Assembly: GCA_963769425.1 (NCBI GenBank)
Contig: CAVYLP010000003.1
Span: 319,911 to 383,910, forward strand
DNA length: 64,000 nt
Reading direction: 5' to 3'
Origin: Candidatus Bathyarchaeota archaeon
GTDB lineage: Archaea; Thermoproteota; Bathyarchaeia; TCS64
The first letter of the stretch is position 1. The number at the start of each line of letters is the position of its first letter. This document shows positions 39,347 through 49,804 of this stretch, in pieces. The position numbers and the translations under genes are program-made. Under the pieces are notes generated by a model. It was not told the DNA's origin. It ran no database searches and worked only from the letters and a program-made list of their open reading frames with translations.

Positions 39347-41041
39347 GAAGCTCCATAACTGGTCGGGTATTTGCCACATCGTTGGCGGTTAGCCAAGCGC
39401 GCCGCGCCACCGAGACTCCAAGGGGGAGGAACTCCATCTGGTTTAGGGCGTGGGCGTCCGTCCCGATAGTCATCGTGACCCCAGCCTCCATCGCCTTCCT
39501 GCTGGAAACGTCGTCGAGGTCTAGCCTCTCGGGGTAGGCGTTTATCTCCATGGCGACGCGCTGCTTCGCCGCCTCCTCCAAGACCCTGTCGAGGTTGATG
39601 GTGTAGGGCTTCCGCTTCTGTATAATGCGCCCGGTTGGGTGACCGATTGTGGAGACGTAGTCATTGTGCATCGCGGCTATCATGCGGTTCGTCATCGTCT
39701 CCTCGTCATTCTTGAAGCCGCTATGGATGCTGGCGACAACAAAGTCGAGGTCCCGCAGGCTCGAGTCGGGGAGGTCCATTGAGCCGTCGGCTTTGATGTC
39801 GCACTCTATCCCCTTGAGAAGAGTGATGCCCTTGACCTCCTTGTTTACGGCGTCTATCTCCTTCCCCTGCTCCTTCAGGCGCTTCTCGTCGAGGCCACGC
39901 GCAATGCCGAGGCTCTTCGAGTGGTCCGTGATGGCGACGTACTCGAGGCCGAGGCCCAGCGCCTTCTCGGCGACCTCCTTGATGGTCATGGTGCCCTCGC
40001 TCCACTTGCTGTGGCAGTGGAGATCCCCCTTCATCTCGCCCAGCTCGACGAGCTTCGGCAGCTTGTGCTCCATCGCCGTCTCTATCTCTCCCCTGTTCTC
40101 TCGCATCTCGGGGGGATCCAGCTCATCCCCAGCTTCGCGTATATCTCCTCCTCCGTCTCCGAGGCGATGAGGACGTCTCCCTCCCTCTTGAATAATCCAT
40201 ACTCGTTGAGTTTGTAGCCAAGTTTGACACCGATGGTTCGTAGCTTGACGTTATGGTCTTTGGATCCTGTGAAGTACTGGAGGGCTGCACCGTAGGCCTC
40301 GGGTGGGACGACTCTACAGTCGACCTGCATATGGCCTTTCAGGAAGACCGTACTCTTCGTTGCCCCGTGACTTACAACGCGGTCGACTGGGGGCATCTCG
40401 ACGAATCGCTGTGAGGCCGCGTCGGGGTCGTTTGAGGCGACTAGTAGGTCTAGGTCGCCGATCGTTTCCCTCTTTCTTCGGTAGGAACCTGCGACCTCAG
40501 CCATTAGGACAGCGGGGGACTCCTTCATCCATGCAAGCATGTCGTCGACGACGGGCAGCACTGCTCCGAGGAGGAACCGCGTCTGCTTGTTCCGATAGTC
40601 CCCGATGCTCTGGAGGATGTTTTGCTCCTTCTTTTCGCCGAAGCCCTTTAGCTCACGTAGCTTTCCCTCCTTCGCGGCTTTCTCGAGATCATCGATCGAT
40701 CCGATTTTTAGCTCGTCGACGAGTCGCATCGCGTTCTTTGGACCGATACCCTCGAGTTCCATGAGTTGTCGGACCCCGGGGGGAAGGGATTCTTGTAGTT
40801 CTTCGAGAACTTTGGACTCCCCAGTGTCCAGGATCTCGGTGATAGTGGTTGCGATGCTCTTCCCGACGCCTGGTATCTGGTCTAGCTCCCCGCGTTCCTT
40901 CACCTTTCGAATGTCCTCTGTGAGGCTCGTTATCCGCTGGGCGGCTAGGAGGTAGGCTCGGCTCCTGAATCTGTCGTCCTTGATTGTTAGTATCTCCCCT
41001 ATCTCGTATAGGATAGCGGCTACGTCTGCGTTGGCGCTCAC
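39327..41041 (-). CDS. polX: DNA polymerase X / PHP exonuclease, frameshifted near 40110
   Basis: GSYRRKRETIGDLD, YFTGSKDHN in 40082..41041; DLHCHS, TDHS, GHPTGR, GTDAH in 39327..40106; one base missing in a G-run (IPPEMRENRGE). Confidence 0.88.
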
Positions 41042-41119
41042 AGTTTAGAGGTAGGGTTTCTCTTCTTATAGCCTGAGCGCTGCGTGATTAGGAAAATTAG
41101 TTATTAGACACTTCAGAGG

Positions 41120-41788
41120 ATGTCAAGTCGTATGCCGTTCTGTCCATTCTGCGGGACGCCCGTTAAGGAGAATCACAAGTTTTGCCCAAACTGCGGAAAT
41201 ACGCTTGAGCCAGTGACTCAGAAGCCAACCTCTGCGCCTCAGGCAGTTTCTACACCACCTACAGAGCAGCCGCTATCCCCAGTTCTTGTTCCTCAACCTG
41301 TAGCGGCTCCACAAAAACAAGCCTCCATGCAAAACCAAGGGGAAACAATGAGGGTGATAATTCCCAATCTGATGGTCTCCAAGAGCTTCGGCAGGAGTGA
41401 CACCTTCAATCTTATAGTAACTGAGCGAAGGAGCATCTTCGCGAAGCTGACGGGTGAGATCATGAACGAGACCGTGAAGAGGAGGCGGGCGAAGGCTGAG
41501 GCAGAGGGGAAGGGTTTCTTCGGGAAGTGGAAGGCCCAGATGCAGGGCTTTAACACTTACACGGATTGGTATGCTGATAAGACGCCCGATTATGCCCTAA
41601 CAGAGACACCTGGCAATTACTCCGTCGAAAACTCCGCCATCAGGAATGTAAAGGTGAACGAGGACAGCGATGATGAGGGAGGCATGACCTTGTACTACAT
41701 CGAGATTATGACCACGACGGGCAATCTGAATTTCAAGATGCAGTATGACCCTAGGAAGCTCTTCCAGGCGGCTTATGGGGGCGCGTAG
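41120..41788 (+). CDS. zinc-ribbon domain protein
   Basis: FCPFCG..FCPNCG, Pro/Gln linker, PH-like C-terminal part. Confidence 0.75.
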   Translation: MSSRMPFCPFCGTPVKENHKFCPNCGNTLEPVTQKPTSAPQAVSTPPTEQPLSPVLVPQPVAAPQKQASMQNQGETMRVIIPNLMVSKSFGRSDTFNLIVTERRSIFAKLTGEIMNETVKRRRAKAEAEGKGFFGKWKAQMQGFNTYTDWYADKTPDYALTETPGNYSVENSAIRNVKVNEDSDDEGGMTLYYIEIMTTTGNLNFKMQYDPRKLFQAAYGGA

Positions 41789-41791
41789 CCT

Positions 41792-43278
41792 TTGGGGTCG
41801 ACGCAGGGCAGGAAGAGGTTCATCATCCTACACTCGAATGATATGCATGGTGACTTCCTCGCGGAGTTAAAGGGTGGTGAGGGAAAGCTCATCGGTGGCC
41901 TCGCCCTGCTATCCGGCTACATCAACAAGGTGCGGCGCGAGGAAGAGAACGTCCTCTACTTCATCGCGGGGGACATGGTGCAGGGCTCTCTAATCGACTC
42001 AGAGTACAAGGGCATCAGCACGATGGCGATAATGAACTACCTCGCCCCAGACGCCGTCGCGCTCGGCAACCACGAGTTCGACTACGGCCTCCCCCACCTC
42101 CTCTTCCTCGAGAAGGTCGCAAACTTCCCCATCGTCAACGCGAACCTCTACGTCAAGGGCTTCAACAAGAGGCTGATGCGCCCCTACGTCATCCTGAAGA
42201 AGGCGGGGTTCGACATCCTCGTCACCGGCATCATCACCGAGAAGGTGATGGACAGCATCAAGGGGGACAGCCTCATCGGGAGCTTCGTCAGCGCTCGAGG
42301 AGGCGAGCGCCGAGGTCGGGAAGATAACGAACGCCTACAAGAACGACGACATCGACCTCACTATCCTGCTCACCCACATCGGCTACGACTCGGACCTGGA
42401 GCTGGCGGATATGCTGAAGCCGGAGTGGGGTGTCGACCTGATAATCGGCGGCCACAGCCACACCGATCCTCGAGAAGCCGGGGGAGAGGAACGGCGTACT
42501 CAATCGCCCAGGCGGGCGTAGGCACTGACCAGATAGGCCGATTCGACGTCGTCGTGGACGACGACACGAACAGCATCGTCGAGTACAAGTGGCAGCTCAT
42601 CCCCATCGACAGCTCGATTGCTGAGCCCGACAGGGACCTTGAGAAGTACATCGAGTCATTCCAGGAGGAGGTCGACCACAAGTACAGCAGCGTCCTCTGC
42701 AGGCTCGACGGGCGTCGCATACGCACCCGAGCAGGCTCGTCGAGACGAGCCTCGGTGACCTCTTCGCAGACGCAGTGGCAGAGGTGACTGAGAGCGATGT
42801 CGCCTTCATCGCGAGCGGCTCCATTAGGTCGAAGGAGCTCGGTCCAGTTGTGACTCTGAAGGACTTTCTCACCTGCTTCCCATACAACGACATGCTGACT
42901 AGGTACACGGTCACAGGAGGGCAGCTGAGTGGCATCTTCAGTCACATAATGCGTCAAGGAGAATCGAAACAGTGAGGGCGAGTGCTATCAGGTCAACGGC
43001 AGCGTCAGGGCGACCTACAATGAAAAGGAGGCAAGGCTCCAGAGTCTCAAGATGAACGGCGAGGAGGTAAAGGACGAGGATAGATTCACCATCTGTACTC
43101 CAAGGATATCACGCGAGGAGCAGCAAGGCCTACCTCGGCATAACACAGGATGAGTTGACGGCGATCAAGAGCTAAGGTTGTGGCGACATCGGTCCAGGAA
43201 GTTTTAGAGGAGTGGCTTAGAAACCACCAGAACGCGGGAAGGGCCGTCGAAGGGAGGCGATGTATTATTCACCCCTAG
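41792..43278 (+). pseudogene. bifunctional metallophosphatase/5'-nucleotidase with several frameshifts
   Basis: HSNDMHG, AGDMVQG, GNHEFDYG, then LLTHIG, GGHSH, SGSIR, FPY in shifted frames. Confidence 0.8.
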
Positions 43279-43470
43279 TCAAGCAGTCACCAGTGCTAAT
43301 TTTGGTCGATACAGCTCAGATACTAGAATAGTCAAGTGGTCGAGTGCAGCAGATATTTTTAGTCAAGACTTCTAGGTCCCTGAGTTAGTGAAGATCAGTA
43401 TAGGGTTCGTATGTTCAATCTGACTCCTAAAGCCTAAATGTGCAGAGTGGGCCCCCAATACTGAACTCTC

Positions 43471-44694
43471 ATGAATGTGCTTGACTACCTGAAGAGGGAG
43501 GAGATTGTAGAGCTTGGCTGCGACCTCATCCGGCAGCCGAGCCTGACGCGGCAAGAGGGACCCGCCGTTAAGTTCGCAAAGGACTGGTTCGAAGACAAGG
43601 GCTTCGACGAGGTGACGCTGCAGGAGGTTGAGCCGGGGCGGAACCAGGTCATCGCTCGCCTCAAGGGGGACGGTAAGGGGAAGAGTATGATGTTCAACGG
43701 TCACCTCGATATCGACCCCATCACGGCCTCCTGGGAGTGGGACCCGTTTGAACCGAAGGTGGAGGAGAACAGGCTCTGGGGTGCGGGTATCCATAACATG
43801 AAGAGTGGCGACGCGGCGATGATGTGCGCTGCGTTGGCGATCAAGAGGAGCAAGGTGAAGCTCCACGGTGATCTCGTAGTCGAATGCGTCGTCGGTGAGC
43901 TTCAGGGAGGCGTCGGTACCGTCCACGCCCTCAAGGAGGGTGTCTGGGCGGATATGGCGATTGTTCCCGAGCCCTACAGCGTCGACAACATACTCACTAA
44001 ATGCGTTGGAGTGCACGACTTCGCCATCCATACCATTGGGCGAAGCGAGCACATCAGTCGAATGGAGGAGAGCATAAACGCCATCACAAAGATGCGGAAG
44101 GTCCTTGACAGGCTCGACGAGATGAGGTTCGAGGCCCGTGATCCAGATCTCCCCGGTGCGCCTCGCTGGGTCGCCGGCAGTATCATTGGTGGACGCAACC
44201 GCGACTACGACCTCGCTGGCCCCTACAACATCCCCGACTTCTGCACAATCATCGTCGACTTCCGCTACCCGCCCGGTTACGAGATCGAGGAGATAAACGA
44301 GAGAATGAAGGCGATGCTTGAGGAGATCAAGGCGGAGGACCCCGAGTTCAAATATGAGTTCGAGTACCCCATCGATCCTAAGTGGCGCGTTGGAGGCATG
44401 GTGATGCCCCCTATGGGCGTTAGCCCAAACAGCGAAGTCGTGAAACTCCTTAAGGAGAACCATAAGAAGGTCACTGGGGAGTACCCGAAGAAGGTCGGCG
44501 CAGTCCCGCCTAGGAGCTACTGCGGTAACGACACCGCCCACTTAGCCAAGGCAGGGGTCGAGTGTTGCCTATATGGTCCACGTGGCTACCCGGACGAAGT
44601 GGAGAAGCACGTCCGCATCGACGAGATGGTTACCTGCTCCAAAGCAATGTGTCTAACCGGCTTCGAGGTAGTCACGAAAGAGAAAAAGAATTGA
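43471..44694 (+). CDS. M20 (ArgE/DapE-like) metallopeptidase
   Basis: FNGHLD, GAGIHNMKSG, VVGEL, VPEP; some metal ligands divergent. Confidence 0.85.
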   Translation: MNVLDYLKREEIVELGCDLIRQPSLTRQEGPAVKFAKDWFEDKGFDEVTLQEVEPGRNQVIARLKGDGKGKSMMFNGHLDIDPITASWEWDPFEPKVEENRLWGAGIHNMKSGDAAMMCAALAIKRSKVKLHGDLVVECVVGELQGGVGTVHALKEGVWADMAIVPEPYSVDNILTKCVGVHDFAIHTIGRSEHISRMEESINAITKMRKVLDRLDEMRFEARDPDLPGAPRWVAGSIIGGRNRDYDLAGPYNIPDFCTIIVDFRYPPGYEIEEINERMKAMLEEIKAEDPEFKYEFEYPIDPKWRVGGMVMPPMGVSPNSEVVKLLKENHKKVTGEYPKKVGAVPPRSYCGNDTAHLAKAGVECCLYGPRGYPDEVEKHVRIDEMVTCSKAMCLTGFEVVTKEKKN

Positions 44695-44754
44695 TCGGAT
44701 ATTATTTTCTCGATTTAATCAAGCATCGTCATTAAAGGTTTGTTGAAGGCGGAA

Positions 44755-46068
44755 TTAGCTAGAATGAGATGGATTTGTAGAAATTCGATTATGGTCTAGT
44801 ATCTGTAGTATAAATGCGGTCAATGTTAAGACGGCGATTGCGGTGGCAGCCGCGGCCGCCCAAGAGGCTCCTAAATTTGATACTTCATTGGCGGATGTAT
44901 ATTTCAGGAGGAGTACCTGCGAGTTTTGGTCTGCGCCAGTCGTTATTCCCGTTACGTATATGTCGTTGCCATCTACGGCCACTGAGTGGGCTACATCAGT
45001 TGATTTGTCGCCATAGGTAACGTTCCAGATGGGTGTTCCATTTAGTGCGAACTTTACGAGAAGGGTGTCGAAGCTGATGCTTGTTTTGTTGTAGATGTGT
45101 CCAGTGAGGTAGATGTAATTGTTTGACCTAGTGACGCCCCATGCGTACTCTTCTTCAGTTTTCCCCCAAGTGACGTTGAATCTCAGATTACCTGAGGTAT
45201 CGTAATTCAATAAGACGGCATCGGAGTTATTCGACCCGTCACTCGTGGTGCCCGCCTGGTAGATGTTATCTCCATCGACCGAGATGGACCAGCAATAGTT
45301 TATGGGGGTGTTCCCCCATTGGCGACTCCAGAGGATGGAGCCATCCTCGTTGAACTTCGTCAAGAACATCTTCGACTCGTATAGGTTGTTCACGGTTGTT
45401 TCGTTCGTACCGTCCACGTAGACTCCGTTACCTACGCCTACAGCAAATGCGTTAACTCCCACCCCTCCGAAGGTCGTGTTCCAGATGAGTTTCCCCGCTT
45501 GATCATACCTTAGTAGGAACGATTTGGTCGTAGTCGTTGTTCCCCTAAAGTAGCCTGCGACGTACACTGCACCATCCCCATCGACGGTAACCCCTCTAGC
45601 CACGGCGTCCTCATCGCCTCCCCACGTCCTTGACCAGATTAAATTTCCATCAGAGTCAAATTTGAGGAGGGCGGTGTTTGCGTTTAGGTTTCCAACTGCG
45701 TAGGTGAAACCAGCTACGTAGATTCCTTCATTGTCCGCGGCTGTGGCCCAGCATCCATCGAAGGATACTCCTCCCCATGTCTTGTTCCATGCTAGATCCC
45801 CGTTAGGGTCATATTTCAGGAGGAAAATATCGGAGAGGCCGGCTCCGTAACTCCTAGTCGTCCCAGCGACGTAGATGTTTCCACTGTTTACAGCTACCGA
45901 CTTTGCGTTATCGTAGTCAGTTCCTCCCCATGTTGTCACCCAGTCTAGGTGATTTGAATACGGCTCACTCTCAGCCGCTCTCCACTCCGATTGATTGAGG
46001 TAGATTAGGCCAGCTTCCACTAACAAAACTAGAGTGATGGTTGAGAGGACTCGCATGGAGATCTTCAT
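44755..46068 (-). CDS. secreted/membrane-anchored beta-propeller (SBBP-repeat) protein
   Basis: repeated W..TWGG..D / IYVAG / LLKYD..GNL.W units; N-terminal signal and C-terminal TM. Confidence 0.8.
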   Translation of the reverse strand: MKISMRVLSTITLVLLVEAGLIYLNQSEWRAAESEPYSNHLDWVTTWGGTDYDNAKSVAVNSGNIYVAGTTRSYGAGLSDIFLLKYDPNGDLAWNKTWGGVSFDGCWATAADNEGIYVAGFTYAVGNLNANTALLKFDSDGNLIWSRTWGGDEDAVARGVTVDGDGAVYVAGYFRGTTTTTKSFLLRYDQAGKLIWNTTFGGVGVNAFAVGVGNGVYVDGTNETTVNNLYESKMFLTKFNEDGSILWSRQWGNTPINYCWSISVDGDNIYQAGTTSDGSNNSDAVLLNYDTSGNLRFNVTWGKTEEEYAWGVTRSNNYIYLTGHIYNKTSISFDTLLVKFALNGTPIWNVTYGDKSTDVAHSVAVDGNDIYVTGITTGADQNSQVLLLKYTSANEVSNLGASWAAAAATAIAVLTLTAFILQILDHNRISTNPSHSS

Positions 46069-46308
46069 AGGTCACCCTCCTCTGAGACCTCATTTTCCAT
46101 GGATTTGATTACACTCTTCAGTGTAAAGTAAGCGCGCGATTTTAGGGTATTTAGGAATTGTACCCGGAGGGGTATTATCTGAATACTAATTGTAACTGCT
46201 CCGAGTTCTCAGTGAGGATAAAATTTTTTAGGTGATTTTCTGAAATATGAGATTGACTGAAAACTTCTATAGAAGGTTTACCAGTTCTAAGATAGGTGAC
46301 TATCTGGA

Positions 46309-47169
46309 TTGGAGAATCTAATTATTACAGCTGCTGTCACTGGCGGTGAGTACGTTTCGAGGATTGAGACTCCTTACGTCCCCAAAACCGTCGATGAAGT
46401 AGTGGAAGAGGTTGTGAGAAGCGTGGAGGCGGGGGCATCCATCGTGCATCTGCACGCTAAAAACCCTGAGACGGGGGAGGCGTACTCGGGTGATCCTAAC
46501 CCCGTCCTCAAGGAATACATTGAGAGGATTCGCGAGAAAATCGACGTCGTGATCAACGTTACTACCGGTGGCGGCAGGGTGGGGAATCCCCCGGAGGTGT
46601 GGGATCGCCTCGTGAAGGAGAAGTGCTACCTCGGGCAGGAGATGATGAGCCTCAACATGGGGACCATCAACAGGTGGGCTGACCACCCCACCGGTGATGT
46701 TTTCCTAAACACTGTACCGATGATTGAGCGATGGTCCGGTTATATGCGGGAGGCGGGTGTGAAGCCCGAGCACGAGGTTTACGACACGGGCATGATTAAT
46801 ACCTGCAGGCAGATCGCTGAGAAGAAGATCGTTCCTGAACCTCTTCATATCCAGTTTGTGATGGTGGGGAGGACAGGCTTCTTGCCGACTATGAAGAGTC
46901 TAGTTTACAGCCTCGACCAGATACCCTCGACCTGGACCTGGAGCGTCTGTGCCCTGGGTAGGAATGAGATACCGATGTGTACCGCCGCTATGATTCAAGG
47001 TGGCCACGTCCGAGTCGGCTTCGAGGATAACATCTTTCTGCGAAAGGGAGAGCTCGCGAGGAGCAACGTGGATCTCGTTAAAAAGATGGTTAACATCTCG
47101 AAGGAACTTGACAGACCCATCGCCGACCCCAGTGAAACGAGGAAGATCCTCGGACTGAGAAAACGCTGA
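46309..47169 (+). CDS. beta-keto acid cleavage enzyme (BKACE, 3-keto-5-aminohexanoate cleavage family)
   Basis: IITAAVTG, IVHLH, NVTTGGG, SLNMGT, KPEHEVYD, RVGFEDN. Confidence 0.92.
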   Translation: MENLIITAAVTGGEYVSRIETPYVPKTVDEVVEEVVRSVEAGASIVHLHAKNPETGEAYSGDPNPVLKEYIERIREKIDVVINVTTGGGRVGNPPEVWDRLVKEKCYLGQEMMSLNMGTINRWADHPTGDVFLNTVPMIERWSGYMREAGVKPEHEVYDTGMINTCRQIAEKKIVPEPLHIQFVMVGRTGFLPTMKSLVYSLDQIPSTWTWSVCALGRNEIPMCTAAMIQGGHVRVGFEDNIFLRKGELARSNVDLVKKMVNISKELDRPIADPSETRKILGLRKR

Positions 47170-47193
47170 TCGTCCTCAGGGGCATGAGCTAAT

Positions 47194-48150
47194 TTGATCG
47201 AAGGAGTCAAGCGGGTCGCCTGCATCGGAAGCGGACTCGTAGGTCAAGGCTGGGCAAGCCTCTTCTCACTCGCAGGCTACCAGGTAACCCTTGTCGACGT
47301 GAATGAGAAGACCCTGGACGATGCCCTAGAGCGAGTTGGGGTAAAGATTCGGTTCCTCGAGGAGGCGGGAATAGCTAAGGGCGCCGAGAAGGCCCTCAAA
47401 AGGCTGAGCAGGACGATTAACCTAGGCGAGGCGGTGGGGGGAGCCGACTTTGTGCAGGAATCTGTGTTTGAGAGCTACGCAGCTAAGAAGGAGGTCTACG
47501 GTAAGATGGATGAGGCCGCGGGTCAGCGCGTCATCCTTTCGAGCAGCACTTCTGGCCTCATGATGTCGGAGATTCAGAAGGCCGCCAAACGTTACCCAGA
47601 GCGATGCATAGTCGCTCACCCTTGGAACCCATCCTACCTTGTACCCCTCGTGGAGCTCTCCCCAGGTGACCGCACGTCCCCTGAGACCATCAAGAAGACC
47701 TACGAGCTCATGGAGGACATCGGCAAGGTACCTGTCGTGCTTAGGAAAGAGGTCCCCGGCTTCATCGCCAACAGGTTATCAGCGGCTCTCTGGCGCGAGG
47801 CTCTTAACCTCGTGGACACTGGCGTCGCGTCGGTCGAGGACGTAGACAAGGCTGTGGTCAACGGGCCCGGCCTCAGGTGGGCTATCATGGGCCCCTACCT
47901 CACGTATCACCTAGGGGGAGGGAAGGGTGGCATCGAGTACCTGATGAGGCACATCGACGTCTCGAAGGCGAAGTGGCTTGAGACGATGGCGAAGTGGACG
48001 GAGACCCCCGAGTCAGCGGTGGAGAAGGCCGTCAAAGGTGTACATGAATTAGATGTGGTGAAGAATCACGGCTTCGATGAGCTCGAGGAGTGGCGGGACA
48101 ATCTTATGGTCGACATACTAAAGTCCCGCAGGGAACATGGGGGTTCATGA
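47194..48150 (+). CDS. 3-hydroxyacyl-CoA dehydrogenase family, carnitine/gulonate 3-dehydrogenase-like
   Basis: GSGLVG, QESVFE, SSTSG, HPWNP, ALWREA, GPGLRWAIMGP..YHLGGG. Confidence 0.8.
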   Translation: MIEGVKRVACIGSGLVGQGWASLFSLAGYQVTLVDVNEKTLDDALERVGVKIRFLEEAGIAKGAEKALKRLSRTINLGEAVGGADFVQESVFESYAAKKEVYGKMDEAAGQRVILSSSTSGLMMSEIQKAAKRYPERCIVAHPWNPSYLVPLVELSPGDRTSPETIKKTYELMEDIGKVPVVLRKEVPGFIANRLSAALWREALNLVDTGVASVEDVDKAVVNGPGLRWAIMGPYLTYHLGGGKGGIEYLMRHIDVSKAKWLETMAKWTETPESAVEKAVKGVHELDVVKNHGFDELEEWRDNLMVDILKSRREHGGS

Positions 48151-48161
48151 GCCTACACTAG

Positions 48162-49058
48162 CTATGGTTCGAGCCAGCCGGGCTCCAGGTACGCTGGATT
48201 CGGGTACGAGTAGAAGCCTCGACCCGTCTTTACTCCAAGTTCTCCCCTCTCGATCTTATCGAGGAGGAGTCTGGGCGGCGAGTCCCCGGGGTCATTGGAT
48301 TCTCCGTAGTATATGTTCTCGATATCCCTGACAACGTCGAGACCGACACGATCCATCAACCCGAAGGGCCCGATCTTGGTACCATAGAAGCTCATCCATG
48401 CCCTGTCGACGTCCTCGAAGGATGCTACTCCATCGTCAACGAGGTGGAGACACTCCCTCTTCACTGAGCGCCACACCCTGTTGAGAATGAAGCCCGTACT
48501 CTCCTTTTGAACCACTAGAGGGAGCACTCCTATGGATCTCATGAAGTCCCCGACGCGGGTCATCGTTTCGTCGGAGGTCTTGCTTCCCTTCATCAACTCG
48601 ACGATTCGACTTCTCCAGGGATTCGAGTAAAAGTGTGTATTGAGGACCCTATCCATGCGCCGGGTGGCGTCCTCGATCAGTGAAACGCGGATTGATGAGC
48701 TGTTGGTGGATATGATCGTGTCGGCGTCGCATAAGTCGTCTAGCTTCTCGAAGACCTTTCTCTTCAAATCGACCTTCTCCGGCACAGCTTCGATGACCAA
48801 ATCAACACCCGCAACTGCCTTGATTGGGTCTGATTCGAACTTTATTCGTTTAACCGTGGATTCTTTCGCTTCTTTCGAGATTTCTCCTGCTTCTACCCAT
48901 GATTGAAGCTCATTCGAGATATTCCACTCAGCGTTTTTGAGGGCTTCTGGAAACAGATCGTAGAGATTCACCGGGTAGGTGTGATTCGCGCATTGTAGGG
49001 CGATTTGCCAACCGAGGGTACCAGCCCCATAGACGCAGACGTGCTCTATCTTATCCAT
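48162..49058 (-). CDS. 3-hydroxyacyl-CoA dehydrogenase family protein
   Basis: GAGTLG, IEAVPE, TNSSS, GFILNR, GPFGLMD, GVKTGRGFY. Confidence 0.88.
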   Translation of the reverse strand: MDKIEHVCVYGAGTLGWQIALQCANHTYPVNLYDLFPEALKNAEWNISNELQSWVEAGEISKEAKESTVKRIKFESDPIKAVAGVDLVIEAVPEKVDLKRKVFEKLDDLCDADTIISTNSSSIRVSLIEDATRRMDRVLNTHFYSNPWRSRIVELMKGSKTSDETMTRVGDFMRSIGVLPLVVQKESTGFILNRVWRSVKRECLHLVDDGVASFEDVDRAWMSFYGTKIGPFGLMDRVGLDVVRDIENIYYGESNDPGDSPPRLLLDKIERGELGVKTGRGFYSYPNPAYLEPGWLEP

Positions 49059-49202
49059 AGTTAATCTGATGTGTAGCTAAATTAATAAGCGCACGCACAT
49101 TCATGAGAAAAACCTTCTATAAATTATTTGTATCATATGCAATGATAGTTGAGCCTGAAATAATTAGAAAGATGACTTATTAATAATGCCCGCACATGTT
49201 TG

Positions 49203-49658
49203 TTAGCTTTTTAGGAAGTCAAACGCACCTTTTCTCAAATTGATACCGTATTCGAGGTAGGCTTTGAGGCAGGCGAGGAAGTTAGTCCACCCCTCGGTGT
49301 TTCCAATCAGCCACTTGATTCCCGCCTCATCGTTCTCCCTACCCTTCTCGGTGATAGTCACGACTGTGCTGTTACTGTCTCTGGGGGTGAGAGTCATTTC
49401 CACAAGCAGTTCTTTGCCGTCGACTTCCCAGTAATAGGATACGTATTTGTCCCTCTCTATCTTGCCGACTCGGATGGGGAACTCCGTGTCAAACTCGGGG
49501 AAACGCCATTTAATTTGTTTGCCTTCCTCCATTCTCCCGCTGCTCTTTGAGATGAAGTAGTTTGACATTTTCTCAGGGTTGACTATTGCTTCGAAGACCT
49601 CTTGTGCGGGTTTCTGGATTTGGATTGCTACCTTGATCTCTAATCGTTGGTTTTTCAT
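49203..49658 (-). CDS. SRPBCC/AHSA1 domain protein
   Basis: EVFEAIVNPEKMSNYF, EGWTNFLACLKAYLEYGINLR. Confidence 0.85.
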   Translation of the reverse strand: MKNQRLEIKVAIQIQKPAQEVFEAIVNPEKMSNYFISKSSGRMEEGKQIKWRFPEFDTEFPIRVGKIERDKYVSYYWEVDGKELLVEMTLTPRDSNSTVVTITEKGRENDEAGIKWLIGNTEGWTNFLACLKAYLEYGINLRKGAFDFLKS

Positions 49659-49804
49659 GTCACCGACCTCGGTTGGTTTTAATTGATTAATTGTAAAATA
49701 TATTAGTTCGGGACTCACTTTTCACCAACGTTTTCGTGGATTACATGTCTTAAACTAGCATTAGCTAAATTAGCTTTTATTCTAGATACGAGCATCACCG
49801 TCAA

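Noticed and set aside
40082-40120. programmed frameshift or natural split of PolX and PHP
   Set aside because: The break is in a G homopolymer within a conserved motif and similar indels occur elsewhere, so an error or recent mutation is more likely.
43372-44541. 389-aa antisense ORF
   Set aside because: Shadow of the M20 peptidase on the opposite strand; no recognisable motifs.
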